A DNA stretch of 42,027 nt from Pseudomonadota bacterium (lineage in GTDB: Bacteria; Pseudomonadota; Gammaproteobacteria; Poriferisulfidales; GCA-002705445). Every line of letters starts with the position of its first letter. Positions within the stretch are counted from its first letter, which is position 1. The notes under the pieces are model-generated. The model was not told the DNA's origin. It saw nothing but the letters and a program-made list of their open reading frames with translations, and did no database searches. A program made the translations under genes and the position numbers. Positions 15,705-27,731 of this stretch are shown here, one piece after another. Location: NCBI GenBank assembly GCA_036165695.1, contig JAYZIH010000052.1:1-42027 (forward strand), written 5' to 3'.

Positions 15705-17740
15705 GCTAATCCTAGATCTTTAATTAATGCATTAATTTTTGGCTCCCTTCCCCTAAAATCTTTAAAAAGATCTATAGCAGGTTTTGACCCGCCCTTTTCT
15801 AAAACTTTCTTCATAAACTCCCTTCCAACCGTATAGTCTATTGTCTGTCTTTTTTTGAAAGCAAGAAATGCATCTGCGGACAAAACTTCTGCCCATTTAT
15901 AGCTATAATATCCTGCTGCATATCCCCCAGCATATATATGACTAAAGCTATTTTGGAATCTATTGTCCTTGTGATGCTTTATAAGTGACGTAGTTTTTCT
16001 AACCTCTCTTAAAACTTTTTCTGACAATCCTGTCTTATTTTTATTTTTATCTAAGTGGACTAAAAAATCATAGAGAGAAAACTCAACTTGCCTTAATGTC
16101 TGGATTCCAGAATTATAATTTTTTGTCTTCTTTAGCTTTGAAAAAAGATTATTAGGTAGCTTTTCTTTTGTTTCGTAATGAAAAGCAAATTTATCCAGCA
16201 CCTCTTTCTCCCAGCACCAATTTTCCATAAACTGGCTTGGAAGCTCCACGGCATCCCATTCAACTCCCGAGATACCAGAAACCCCAGCGTAATCTATTTT
16301 TGTTAGCATATGATGAAGGCCGTGCCCAAACTCGTGAAAAAGGGTTTCAACATCATAATGTCTAAATAGAGCAGGCACTTTTTTAGTGGGTGGCGTTGAA
16401 TTACAAGTTATAAAAGCAATAGGGTGTTGTATTTCTCCATTTTTCTTAACTCTTCTTTGTATACACTCATCCATCCATGCTCCGCCTCTTTTGGTTGGGC
16501 GAGCATAAAGATCAAGATAAAACTTTCCCCTTAATCTTTTTGTTCGATCATATATTTCATAAAGACGAACATCAGGGTGCCAAATTTCCTTAGTTTTACA
16601 TTGTTTTACTTCAATCCCATATAGCTTTTTCACAAGGCTAAACAAGCCTAACAAAACCTGTTCTACGGAAAAATAGGGCTTTAACTCTTCCTCATTAATT
16701 CCAAAATTTTCTTTCTTATATTTCTCAGAGACATATGCAAAATCCCAAGGCTTTATATCATCAATTTTAAGATTATTTTTTGCATATTTTTTCAAAACTT
16801 GAACTTCGTCTTTTGCTTTTTTTAGAGCTTTCGATTTTAAGTCTTCAAGAAATAATATAACTTTTTCGGGCTTGCTAACCATTTTTGTTGCTAATGAGTA
16901 TTCGGCATAGTTTTTAAAACCAAGCAAAGAAGACGCCTCATGTCTTAAACTCAATATTTTTTCAATAATCTTTTTATTGTCAAAACTGTGTTTTTTTAGT
17001 GGGAATTTATCTGATGCTCTAGTAGTGTAAGCTAAATATACTTCTTTTCTTAAATTTCTATCCTCAGCATATGATAAAACAGCAGTGTAACAAGGCTGAT
17101 CAAGCCCCAGTGTGTGTCCCTTCTCTTTTCTGCTTTTTGCAAGATTAGAGGCTATCTCAATATTTATTTTTGGAAGACCCGCTAAGGCCTTTACGTCTGT
17201 TATATTTTTTGCCCAATCATTTGTTGAATCAAGAACGTTCTGTTCAAATTTTGATTCTAAGGAAGAAAGCATATTTTGTTTTTCTCTAAAGCTTTTCCTC
17301 TTTTGAGAGGAAAGAGCTACTCCAGATAATTTAAAATCTAATAAGGTGTTTTCTAGAAGCTTTACCTGTGCTTCATCCAGGGTATGCTTTTCTGCTTTAT
17401 ACAATGATTCATAAGCCCTGTAGAGCTTAGGATTTTGAGAAACCTTGTTGTAGTAAGATGTAATCATTTTCAATGACTTTTCATACTGGCTTCTAGTATT
17501 TTTGTCATTCATAACAGAATTTAGGTGTCTGATTGGGGCCCATGCTTTTGAAACAATATCATCAGCTTCCTCTATTCTGTAGACCAAGCTTTTCCACGAG
17601 TGTTTATCTTTGCTTAACACTTTCTTTACAACTTCTTTATGCATAGAAATGGCTTCCTTAATTGCTGAAGACATGTTTTTGGCCTCTATGCTTGAGAATG
17701 GAGGAAGTTTATTTATCTTGAGAAGTTTGTTTGTTTTCAC
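15701..17740 (-). CDS. prlC: Oligopeptidase A (M3 family zinc metallopeptidase)
   Basis: 679 aa with the HEFGHGLHH zinc motif and length/layout of PrlC/OpdA. The stop overlaps the xthA start (ATGA). Confidence 0.9.
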   Translation of the reverse strand: MKTNKLLKINKLPPFSSIEAKNMSSAIKEAISMHKEVVKKVLSKDKHSWKSLVYRIEEADDIVSKAWAPIRHLNSVMNDKNTRSQYEKSLKMITSYYNKVSQNPKLYRAYESLYKAEKHTLDEAQVKLLENTLLDFKLSGVALSSQKRKSFREKQNMLSSLESKFEQNVLDSTNDWAKNITDVKALAGLPKINIEIASNLAKSRKEKGHTLGLDQPCYTAVLSYAEDRNLRKEVYLAYTTRASDKFPLKKHSFDNKKIIEKILSLRHEASSLLGFKNYAEYSLATKMVSKPEKVILFLEDLKSKALKKAKDEVQVLKKYAKNNLKIDDIKPWDFAYVSEKYKKENFGINEEELKPYFSVEQVLLGLFSLVKKLYGIEVKQCKTKEIWHPDVRLYEIYDRTKRLRGKFYLDLYARPTKRGGAWMDECIQRRVKKNGEIQHPIAFITCNSTPPTKKVPALFRHYDVETLFHEFGHGLHHMLTKIDYAGVSGISGVEWDAVELPSQFMENWCWEKEVLDKFAFHYETKEKLPNNLFSKLKKTKNYNSGIQTLRQVEFSLYDFLVHLDKNKNKTGLSEKVLREVRKTTSLIKHHKDNRFQNSFSHIYAGGYAAGYYSYKWAEVLSADAFLAFKKRQTIDYTVGREFMKKVLEKGGSKPAIDLFKDFRGREPKINALIKDLGLA

Positions 17741-17775
17741 TTAAACACCAATAACAAAAAAGAAGGGTCGTTAAT

Positions 17776-21227
<3,452 letters not shown>

Positions 21228-21243
21228 TCTGGAAAGGCTTTGC

Positions 21244-22353
21244 TTAAAGCCTCATTGGCATAATCACGTAGCTAGCGCTGTCATCATTTTCTGGAGTTAT
21301 TAGCGCGCTACTATTTGAGTCTTTAAAATGTATTTGTGCATTTTCTGTTTTGATAACGCTCAAAACGTCAAGAAAATAAGACACATTAAAGCCTACTTCA
21401 ATCTGTTCACCACTGTATTCACAAGGCACTTCGTCCTGTGCCTCTTCTTTTTCTGGGTTGTGGGCGCTTATCTGAATAACGTTATTAGAGCAATTTAACC
21501 TGACCCCTCTAAACCTGTCGTTTGATAACACCGCAACAGTGTTTAGGGAATCTTTTAGCTTTTGTGCATTTACTTTTACAGACTTATCGCAATCCGCGGG
21601 GATAACCTTATCATAATCTGGGAACTTTCCTTCTATCAGTTTCGTCGTTATTTCTACATCTCCCGCACTGAGCCTGAGGTAGTTTTTTGTTAGCCTTCCT
21701 TTAAGCTGGTCTGTTTCATTTTCAGTTATCTTCTGAATTTCTAAAACCCCTTTTCTTGGAATAATTGCATTTTTTGGTTCTGCTATGCTTATGTCCTGGG
21801 CAGCTTCTGCCTTTGCAAGCCTGTGGCCATCTGTGGCTACACCACATATCTCTTTAGGTGTTATTAAAAAATAGAGGCCATTCAAATAATACCTCACGTC
21901 CTGTTGTGCCATAGCAAAAGCAGTTCGATCTATAATTTTCTTTATTGTGTCTTTTGATACATTAAAGTCTAGCGCTTCTTCTTCAACATCAATCAAGGGG
22001 AAAGTTGAAGCATCTAGTGTTGATAAAACAAACCTGCTTTTATTTGAGGACAAGGTAACTTTTCCTCCGCCCGTATCAGTTATAGTAATTTCCGATTTTG
22101 CAGGGAGCCCATTGCATATGTCATAAAGCTTTTTTCCAGGAAAAGTAATGCTTCCCGAAAATTCTTCTATTGAGTCAGGCTGCAGTTTTGCGACAAGCTG
22201 AGCCTCCATATCTGAAGCAGTAAATTTATATTCATTATTTTCTTTCGAAAAAAGTATATGACTAGTAATTGGGGCTGCTTGCCTTCTTTCGACTACCCCT
22301 ATTACCGCTTTTAAAGTAATTAAAATATTTTCTCTAGTAATAATTAATTTCAT
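21244..22353 (-). CDS. dnaN: DNA polymerase III beta sliding clamp
   Basis: Start set to ATG 22353 (MKLIITRENILITLKAV...), giving 369 aa with a C-terminal ...YVIMPMRL. The ORF-track 23-aa N-terminal extension runs through microsatellite DNA. Confidence 0.93.
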   Translation of the reverse strand: MKLIITRENILITLKAVIGVVERRQAAPITSHILFSKENNEYKFTASDMEAQLVAKLQPDSIEEFSGSITFPGKKLYDICNGLPAKSEITITDTGGGKVTLSSNKSRFVLSTLDASTFPLIDVEEEALDFNVSKDTIKKIIDRTAFAMAQQDVRYYLNGLYFLITPKEICGVATDGHRLAKAEAAQDISIAEPKNAIIPRKGVLEIQKITENETDQLKGRLTKNYLRLSAGDVEITTKLIEGKFPDYDKVIPADCDKSVKVNAQKLKDSLNTVAVLSNDRFRGVRLNCSNNVIQISAHNPEKEEAQDEVPCEYSGEQIEVGFNVSYFLDVLSVIKTENAQIHFKDSNSSALITPENDDSASYVIMPMRL

Positions 22354-22375
22354 ATATATATATTTGTTGTTGTTG
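22352..22375. repeat. Microsatellites (AT)6 and (TTG)4 abutting the dnaN start codon
   Basis: Read directly: plus strand c-atatatatatat-ttgttgttgttg. On the coding strand this is (CAA)4(AT)6 with the dnaN ATG formed by the end of the AT run. Confidence 0.9.
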
Positions 22376-22543
22376 TTCCCATTGGTTTCTGTGTAAAAAG
22401 CAATTTTATCTATTAAAAACAATAACTTAAGACAACTATAACCTGTTTAAAATCCTTATTTTTCTGTGTTCTTTTTTCTTAATTTATAAAGTATCCAAAA
22501 GTCTTACAATAATATAAACAGACTTTTAACAATTAGTAAAACC

Positions 22544-23869
22544 TTATGTGCTAAGCTCCCTTCTAAGCTTCACAAGGTCTTCCTCGACCGCTTTGTCAAT
22601 TGAGCTCAGTTCGGCAATTTTCCTACACGCATGCAAAACTGTTGTGTGATCTCTGCCCCCAAAAGAATCCCCTATTTCAGGAAGACTATGGTTTGTAAGC
22701 TCTTTAGCCAAAAACATAGCAACCTGTCTCGGCCTTGCAAGACATCTAGTTCTTCGAACGGAAAGAAGATCAGCTAGCCTAATCTTGTAATAGTCAGAAA
22801 CTGTTTTTTGTATATTTTCAATGCTAATAAGTTTGTTTTGCAAAGAGATTAGATCATGCAAAGCTTCTTTAGCAAAATTCAGATCAATATCTCTCGCTGT
22901 AAACTGTGAGTTTGCAATAACTCTTCTGAGGGCGCCCTCTAGCTCTCTAATATTTGACTGTATATTTTTAGCTATAAAAAAAGCAACCTCTGGGTCGACT
23001 TCTGCGCCGCAAATCGAGATGGCTTTTTTCTGAAGGATTGCAACCCTAGTTTCTAAATCAGGAGGTTCAATTGCTTGCGTTAAGCCCCACCCGAATCTTG
23101 ATTTTAGTCTTTCTTCAAGGCCGGAGACTTCCTTTGGATATCTATCGCACGTAAGAACTATCTGTGACTTGCCTTCTAAAAGAGCATTAAACGTATGGAA
23201 AAACTCTTCTTGTGATTTGTCTTTCCCTGCAAAAAATTGGATATCATCAATTAATAGAGCATCTGCTGACCTATAGAAGCTAGAAAACTCTTCAATTTTA
23301 TTATGAGTTATTGCCCTAACCATATCTGCCACAAATTTTTCAGAGTGCAGATATATAATTTTTGCGTTAGGTTTATTTTGTAAAATCCCATTACCAATGG
23401 CATGCATTAAATGAGTTTTTCCTAATCCTACACCACCATATATGAAAAAAGGGTTATATGTTGAACCAGGGTTGCTAGCAACTTGTATTGCTGAAGCTCT
23501 GGCCATTTGGTTAGATTTTCCAACAACAAAATTATCAAAAGTAAATTCCGATGAGAAGCTAGTAGTGTTTACAAAATAACTTCCTTTATCTTCTGCTATA
23601 ATCTGTGTATCTCCATCTATCTTCTGCGAAATTCCGCCAACCTCAAATATAAATCGCATCTCAGACCCTATTAGAATTTTTTCTATGTGCTTAGAGAGGT
23701 TTTCATTTGCCCATTCTTGAACAAAGGTGTTTGGCGCGAGGATCCTTAGAGTATTTTCGTCTTTTATTGCCTGCAAAGGCCTTACCCAGGTGTTGTACTG
23801 GTCTTGGTCAATAGCAACAGCCATTTCTTTTAAGCATTTTTCCCATATTATTGGAGTTTCTGTATGCAT
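22544..23869 (-). CDS. dnaA: Chromosomal replication initiator protein DnaA
   Basis: 441 aa. AAA+ Walker [11 protein letters not shown], Walker B LIDDIQF, and C-terminal DnaA-box binding domain ([11 protein letters not shown]). Confidence 0.97.
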   Translation of the reverse strand: MHTETPIIWEKCLKEMAVAIDQDQYNTWVRPLQAIKDENTLRILAPNTFVQEWANENLSKHIEKILIGSEMRFIFEVGGISQKIDGDTQIIAEDKGSYFVNTTSFSSEFTFDNFVVGKSNQMARASAIQVASNPGSTYNPFFIYGGVGLGKTHLMHAIGNGILQNKPNAKIIYLHSEKFVADMVRAITHNKIEEFSSFYRSADALLIDDIQFFAGKDKSQEEFFHTFNALLEGKSQIVLTCDRYPKEVSGLEERLKSRFGWGLTQAIEPPDLETRVAILQKKAISICGAEVDPEVAFFIAKNIQSNIRELEGALRRVIANSQFTARDIDLNFAKEALHDLISLQNKLISIENIQKTVSDYYKIRLADLLSVRRTRCLARPRQVAMFLAKELTNHSLPEIGDSFGGRDHTTVLHACRKIAELSSIDKAVEEDLVKLRRELST

Positions 23870-23928
23870 TTCCCCACCATTGTGCTTTAATTATTATTAT
23901 CTAGCATTTAAGATGTTATATCTTATAC

Positions 23929-23937
23929 TTATCCACA
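23929..23937 (+). promoter_or_regulatory. Perfect DnaA box TTATCCACA
   Basis: Exact 9-mer consensus in the dnaA/rpmH divergent intergenic region. Confidence 0.8.
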
Positions 23938-23969
23938 GTATAAAGAAATTGACAAATTTGTGTAAAAAT

Positions 23970-23978
23970 TGTGGATAA
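23970..23978 (-). promoter_or_regulatory. Perfect DnaA box (TGTGGATAA on plus strand), inverted relative to the first
   Basis: Exact reverse complement of TTATCCACA, 32 bp from the first box. Overlaps the -10 region of the upstream rpmH-oriented TTGACA promoter candidate. Confidence 0.8.
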
Positions 23979-24008
23979 CTTATGTAAATTAGTTTGATAA
24001 AGTATTTA

Positions 24009-24037
24009 TTGACAAATAGGGCCTACAAACGTATCTT
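24009..24037 (+). promoter_or_regulatory. Candidate sigma70 promoter of rpmH-rnpA (TTGACA-17-TATCTT)
   Basis: Perfect -35 TTGACA (24009-14), 17-nt spacer and -10 TATCTT (24032-37), 28 nt upstream of the rpmH ATG. An AAGGA SD follows. Confidence 0.45.
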
Positions 24038-24064
24038 CCCGGGCAATAAAGGCAAAGGATTATT

Positions 24065-24199
24065 ATGAAAAGAACATATCAACCAAGCAAAATAAAGAGA
24101 AAAAGAACCCATGGTTTTCGCGCTAGGATGAAAACAGCGGGTGGCAGGGCGGTTATTAATGCTAGAAGAGCAAAAGGAAGGAAAAAACTTTCTGCCTAG
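24065..24199 (+). CDS. rpmH: 50S ribosomal protein L34
   Basis: Not in the ORF track (45 codons). Translates to [44 protein letters not shown]. Confidence 0.97.
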   Translation: MKRTYQPSKIKRKRTHGFRARMKTAGGRAVINARRAKGRKKLSA

Positions 24200-24227
24200 G
24201 CTTGCTGAAGGGTTTAAGGCTAGCGAT

Positions 24228-24530
24228 ATGAGGCTTAGTGAGCCAGACGATTTTAAGCGTACGCTAAAGAAAGGAAAGAAAATAAGATCAGAATGCTTTG
24301 AGCTATTTTTTAAGGAAAATGAGCTTGACCACTCCAGGTTTGGCGTAAACATAGCAAAAAGGCTTGTTGGAAAATCTACGGAAAGGAATAAAATTAAACG
24401 CGCAGCTCGAGAAATATTTAGGAAATCAAAAAAATGTAATATGGATATTGTGTTACTTTTAAGACGAGCTTCTGAAAAAAATAAATATAAAGAAGAAATA
24501 GAGGCTTTATTTAAAAAGATTGAGACGTAA
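24228..24530 (+). CDS. rnpA: Ribonuclease P protein component
   Basis: RNR motif (STERNKIKRAAREIF) and a basic ~100-aa protein directly after rpmH. Start uncertain: 24228 is the first ATG after the rpmH stop. The ORF-track ATG at 24141 would overlap rpmH by 59 nt. A non-ATG start in between is possible. Confidence 0.85.
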   Translation: MRLSEPDDFKRTLKKGKKIRSECFELFFKENELDHSRFGVNIAKRLVGKSTERNKIKRAAREIFRKSKKCNMDIVLLLRRASEKNKYKEEIEALFKKIET

Positions 24531-24531
24531 G

Positions 24532-24759
24532 ATGTTAACTCCAAAAAAAATTATTATTGGCTTAATAAAAATATATCAAATGATATTGCGACCGTATTTA
24601 GGATGTCATTGTAGATTTACTCCTTCATGCTCAGATTATTCAATTCAAGCAGTTGAGAAACATGGGGCAGTTAAAGGCACGTATTTGTCTGCTAAAAGGC
24701 TGTATAGATGCAATCCCTGGCAACCAGGCGGTATTGATGAGGTGCCAGAAAAACAATGA
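24532..24759 (+). CDS. yidD: Membrane protein insertion efficiency factor YidD
   Basis: CRFTPSCSDY and NPWQPGGID motifs, ~75 aa. ATG 24532 lies 1 nt after the rnpA stop. Confidence 0.9.
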   Translation: MLTPKKIIIGLIKIYQMILRPYLGCHCRFTPSCSDYSIQAVEKHGAVKGTYLSAKRLYRCNPWQPGGIDEVPEKQ

Positions 24760-26384
24760 ATAATAGATTCCTACTATACTTTGCTCTAGCATTAGTTGTT
24801 TTTATGATTTGGACTGAGTGGACGAATCTACATAAGCCAAAAGAGCCAGTAGAAGATTTTATTGAAAGCCCTTCTAAGAAAAACATTTCTGAAAGAGATT
24901 TTCCAGAGGCAGTTGATCCTGATCCAAAGCCCGTAGAACGTTTTGAGAAAGACAAAAATAGGCCAAAAAATGAACGTGCTATAAAAATTTCTAATGAAGA
25001 CCTGGAAGTTTATATAAGCTCGAGGGGCGGAGATATAAAGAAAGCAGTTCTTTTAAAACATAAAGAAAGCATGGATGAGGGAAGCCCACCAATAAGTCTT
25101 TTAGATACTGAAAAATTTTATTATGTTGCTCAATCTGGCCTAGCTCATGACAAAGATCAAGATGGTCGAGACGTATCTGGACTTGCGCCAAATCATTATC
25201 AAGACTTCAGGGTAGTTAAGGTTTCACAAAAACAAGCTGTGCTTGAATGGAAAAATCAGGGAATCACAGTTTCCAAAGTTTTTAGCTTAAATGAAGATGG
25301 GTATTTATTATCTGTAAATCATAATGTAATTAATAATAGCAACAAAATGTGGACTGGAAGAAATTATGCCCAATTAAAAAGAACTCGCGGAAGCGGAGGA
25401 TCATGGGCAATGCCAACTTTCACAGGAGCTGCATACTATGATGGGGCTTACAACAAGGTTTCTTTTGATGACATTTCAGATAAACGATTAAATATAAAAA
25501 CTCAAGGTGGATGGATTGCAATGATGCAACATTACTTTGTATCTTCATGGGTGTTGCCAGAAAACCAAAGTATCAGGATTGAAACAAGAGAAACAGAGCC
25601 TGCTGGGCAAGAAAAACGTTATTTAATAAGATCTACTTCTCAATCAATAGGCATAGCTCCAGGACAAAAATTTGAGTTTAATAGTTCAATTTTTATTGGC
25701 CCAAAATTACAGAGTAGTTTGGAAAAAATATCTCCGGGATTAGAATTAACTGTCGACTATGGAGCACTTACTTTTCTTGCCAAGCCATTATTTTGGCTCC
25801 TAGATAATTTTTATCTTCTAGTAAATAATTGGGGCTGGGCAATTATTTTATTAACAATTCTTATAAAACTTATTTTTTATAAACTATCAGCAACAAGTTA
25901 TAGGTCTATGGCAAGAATGAAAAAATTTACTCCAAAAATTCAAAGCATAAGAGAAAGATATTCTGATGACAGGCAAAAGATGAACCAAGCTATGATGGAA
26001 ATGTATAAAGAAGAAAAAATTAATCCTTTGGGGGGCTGTTGGCCAATACTAATTCAAATTCCAGTTTTTATTGCACTATATTGGGTTCTGCTTGAAAGTG
26101 TAGAAATGAGGCATGCTCCTTTTATTTTTTGGATAGATGACCTTTCTTCCAAAGATCCATATTTTGTACTTCCTCTTATAATGGGCGCATCGATGTTTCT
26201 TCAGCAAAAGCTTAATCCAACACCGCCAGACCCTATACAAGCAAAAGTAATGCAAATGCTGCCTATAATTTTTACCGGGTTTTTTGCATTTTTCCCATCC
26301 GGCTTAGTTCTATATTGGGTAGTAAATAATTTGCTATCTATTGTTCAGCAGTGGAAAATTGTAAAATCGATAGAAGCAAGTTAA
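24756..26384 (+). CDS. yidC: Membrane protein insertase YidC
   Basis: 542 aa with an N-terminal TM, a large periplasmic domain and a conserved C-terminal multi-TM core (GCWPILIQIPVFIALYWVL). 4-nt overlap with yidD. Confidence 0.95.
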   Translation: MNNRFLLYFALALVVFMIWTEWTNLHKPKEPVEDFIESPSKKNISERDFPEAVDPDPKPVERFEKDKNRPKNERAIKISNEDLEVYISSRGGDIKKAVLLKHKESMDEGSPPISLLDTEKFYYVAQSGLAHDKDQDGRDVSGLAPNHYQDFRVVKVSQKQAVLEWKNQGITVSKVFSLNEDGYLLSVNHNVINNSNKMWTGRNYAQLKRTRGSGGSWAMPTFTGAAYYDGAYNKVSFDDISDKRLNIKTQGGWIAMMQHYFVSSWVLPENQSIRIETRETEPAGQEKRYLIRSTSQSIGIAPGQKFEFNSSIFIGPKLQSSLEKISPGLELTVDYGALTFLAKPLFWLLDNFYLLVNNWGWAIILLTILIKLIFYKLSATSYRSMARMKKFTPKIQSIRERYSDDRQKMNQAMMEMYKEEKINPLGGCWPILIQIPVFIALYWVLLESVEMRHAPFIFWIDDLSSKDPYFVLPLIMGASMFLQQKLNPTPPDPIQAKVMQMLPIIFTGFFAFFPSGLVLYWVVNNLLSIVQQWKIVKSIEAS

Positions 26385-26393
26385 CTTTAAAAA

Positions 26394-27719
26394 ATGAAAA
26401 CCAAAGACACAATAGTGAGCTTAGCTTCACCCTCTGGAGTTTCCGCAGTTTCTGTGATCCGTTGCTCTGGTCCGAATGTTCAAACAATTATAAAGAGATT
26501 TTTTAAGAAAGACTTGGAAGACAGGGTTGCAACATATATAGATTTTATAGACAAAAAAAATGTTATAGATGATGTAATTGCAATACTTTATAAAGGTCCA
26601 CGCTCCTTTACTGGAGAGGATATGCTTGAAATTTTATGTCACGGGGGGCCAGTGATCTACCAAACAATTATCTCATCCATAGCTTCCATTGAAGAGGCAA
26701 GGGAAGCAGAGCCAGGAGAGTTTAGCGAAAGGGCTTTTATTAATGGGAAAATTGACCTTCCTCAAGCTGAAGCTATATGTTCAATAATAAATTCTGAAAC
26801 TATAGAGGCTGCAAATGCTGCGAGAAAAGCGCTCTCAGGAGGATTTTCTGAAGAAGTAATTTCTATCGATAAAAAAGTTCTAAATATTCGAGTAGAAATA
26901 GAGGCTTTACTTGATTTCCCGGACGAAGAAATTGAGCATGCTGGCTTGGAAGATCTTGATGGACTTATTAAAACGGCCATCGCATCTCTTGATGAATTAA
27001 TTGAAAAAACAATTGCAAGATGTGTTTTGTCTGACGGTGTAAGAGCAGCAATACTTGGCAGGCCAAATGCAGGCAAATCTTCTTTATTTAATTTACTTCT
27101 TGGTAATGATGCGTCCATAGTTAATAAACAACAGGGCACTACCAGAGACGTTGTTTTTGCTAGCCTTAACTTAGATGGCGCGCCTATTTTTCTTTACGAC
27201 ACAGCTGGCATACGAAAAACAACAGACCCAATAGAAATAGAAGGCTGTAGACGCTCTTATATAACAGCAGAAAATGCAGATTTAATAATTTATTTATTTG
27301 ATGGGGAAGAAGGGGAAACCCTAGAAGACAAAGAAGTCGTTGAAAAGATAAAAAACATGAAAAAGCCAATTCTTTTAGTAACTAATAAAATAGATTTAAG
27401 AGAAAAAAAAGAAAACCAGGGTGAAATAGAAATATCAGCAAAGGAAAATATAGGGATTGACCTATTAAAGAAAAAGATATCAGAAGAAATTGCTTTGATG
27501 GGTAGAAATTCCTCAGTATCAGTAATTAAAAATAGGCAATTAACTCTGTTAAGAGAAGCAAAAGATAATATTTTAGCTCTTAATATTTCTCTTAATGAGC
27601 TAGATTTAGCTGCTGAACAACTAAAACGCACCCAAGAATGTCTAGTGAAAATCCTTGGTGAAGAGGAGGAGGATAGAGTACTAAGTGGAATTTTTTCAAA
27701 TTTTTGTATTGGAAAGTAA
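26394..27719 (+). CDS. mnmE: tRNA modification GTPase MnmE
   Basis: 441 aa. G1 GRPNAGKSSL, DTAG, NKIDL and C-terminal FCIGK. Confidence 0.95.
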   Translation: MKTKDTIVSLASPSGVSAVSVIRCSGPNVQTIIKRFFKKDLEDRVATYIDFIDKKNVIDDVIAILYKGPRSFTGEDMLEILCHGGPVIYQTIISSIASIEEAREAEPGEFSERAFINGKIDLPQAEAICSIINSETIEAANAARKALSGGFSEEVISIDKKVLNIRVEIEALLDFPDEEIEHAGLEDLDGLIKTAIASLDELIEKTIARCVLSDGVRAAILGRPNAGKSSLFNLLLGNDASIVNKQQGTTRDVVFASLNLDGAPIFLYDTAGIRKTTDPIEIEGCRRSYITAENADLIIYLFDGEEGETLEDKEVVEKIKNMKKPILLVTNKIDLREKKENQGEIEISAKENIGIDLLKKKISEEIALMGRNSSVSVIKNRQLTLLREAKDNILALNISLNELDLAAEQLKRTQECLVKILGEEEEDRVLSGIFSNFCIGK

Positions 27720-27731
27720 TATAATGTTTTG

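Noticed and set aside
22354-22422. N-terminal 23-aa extension of dnaN (MFLIDKIAFYTETNGNNNNKYIY)
   Set aside because: The extension is translated from the (CAA)4(AT)6 microsatellite and AT-rich spacer. Sliding clamps begin MK(F/L).. as at ATG 22353.
24141-24227. ORF-track ATG 24141 as the rnpA start
   Set aside because: It would overlap the rpmH coding sequence by 59 nt in another frame, and the extension has no RnpA similarity. The true start is at or shortly before 24228, possibly a non-ATG codon.
24023-24544. 173-aa ORF on the minus strand spanning rpmH and rnpA
   Set aside because: It is antisense to two well-supported genes. Its product is low-complexity Ser/Leu/Phe-rich, the mirror image of the Lys/Arg/Glu-rich sense proteins. 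It has no SD or motif. A shadow ORF.
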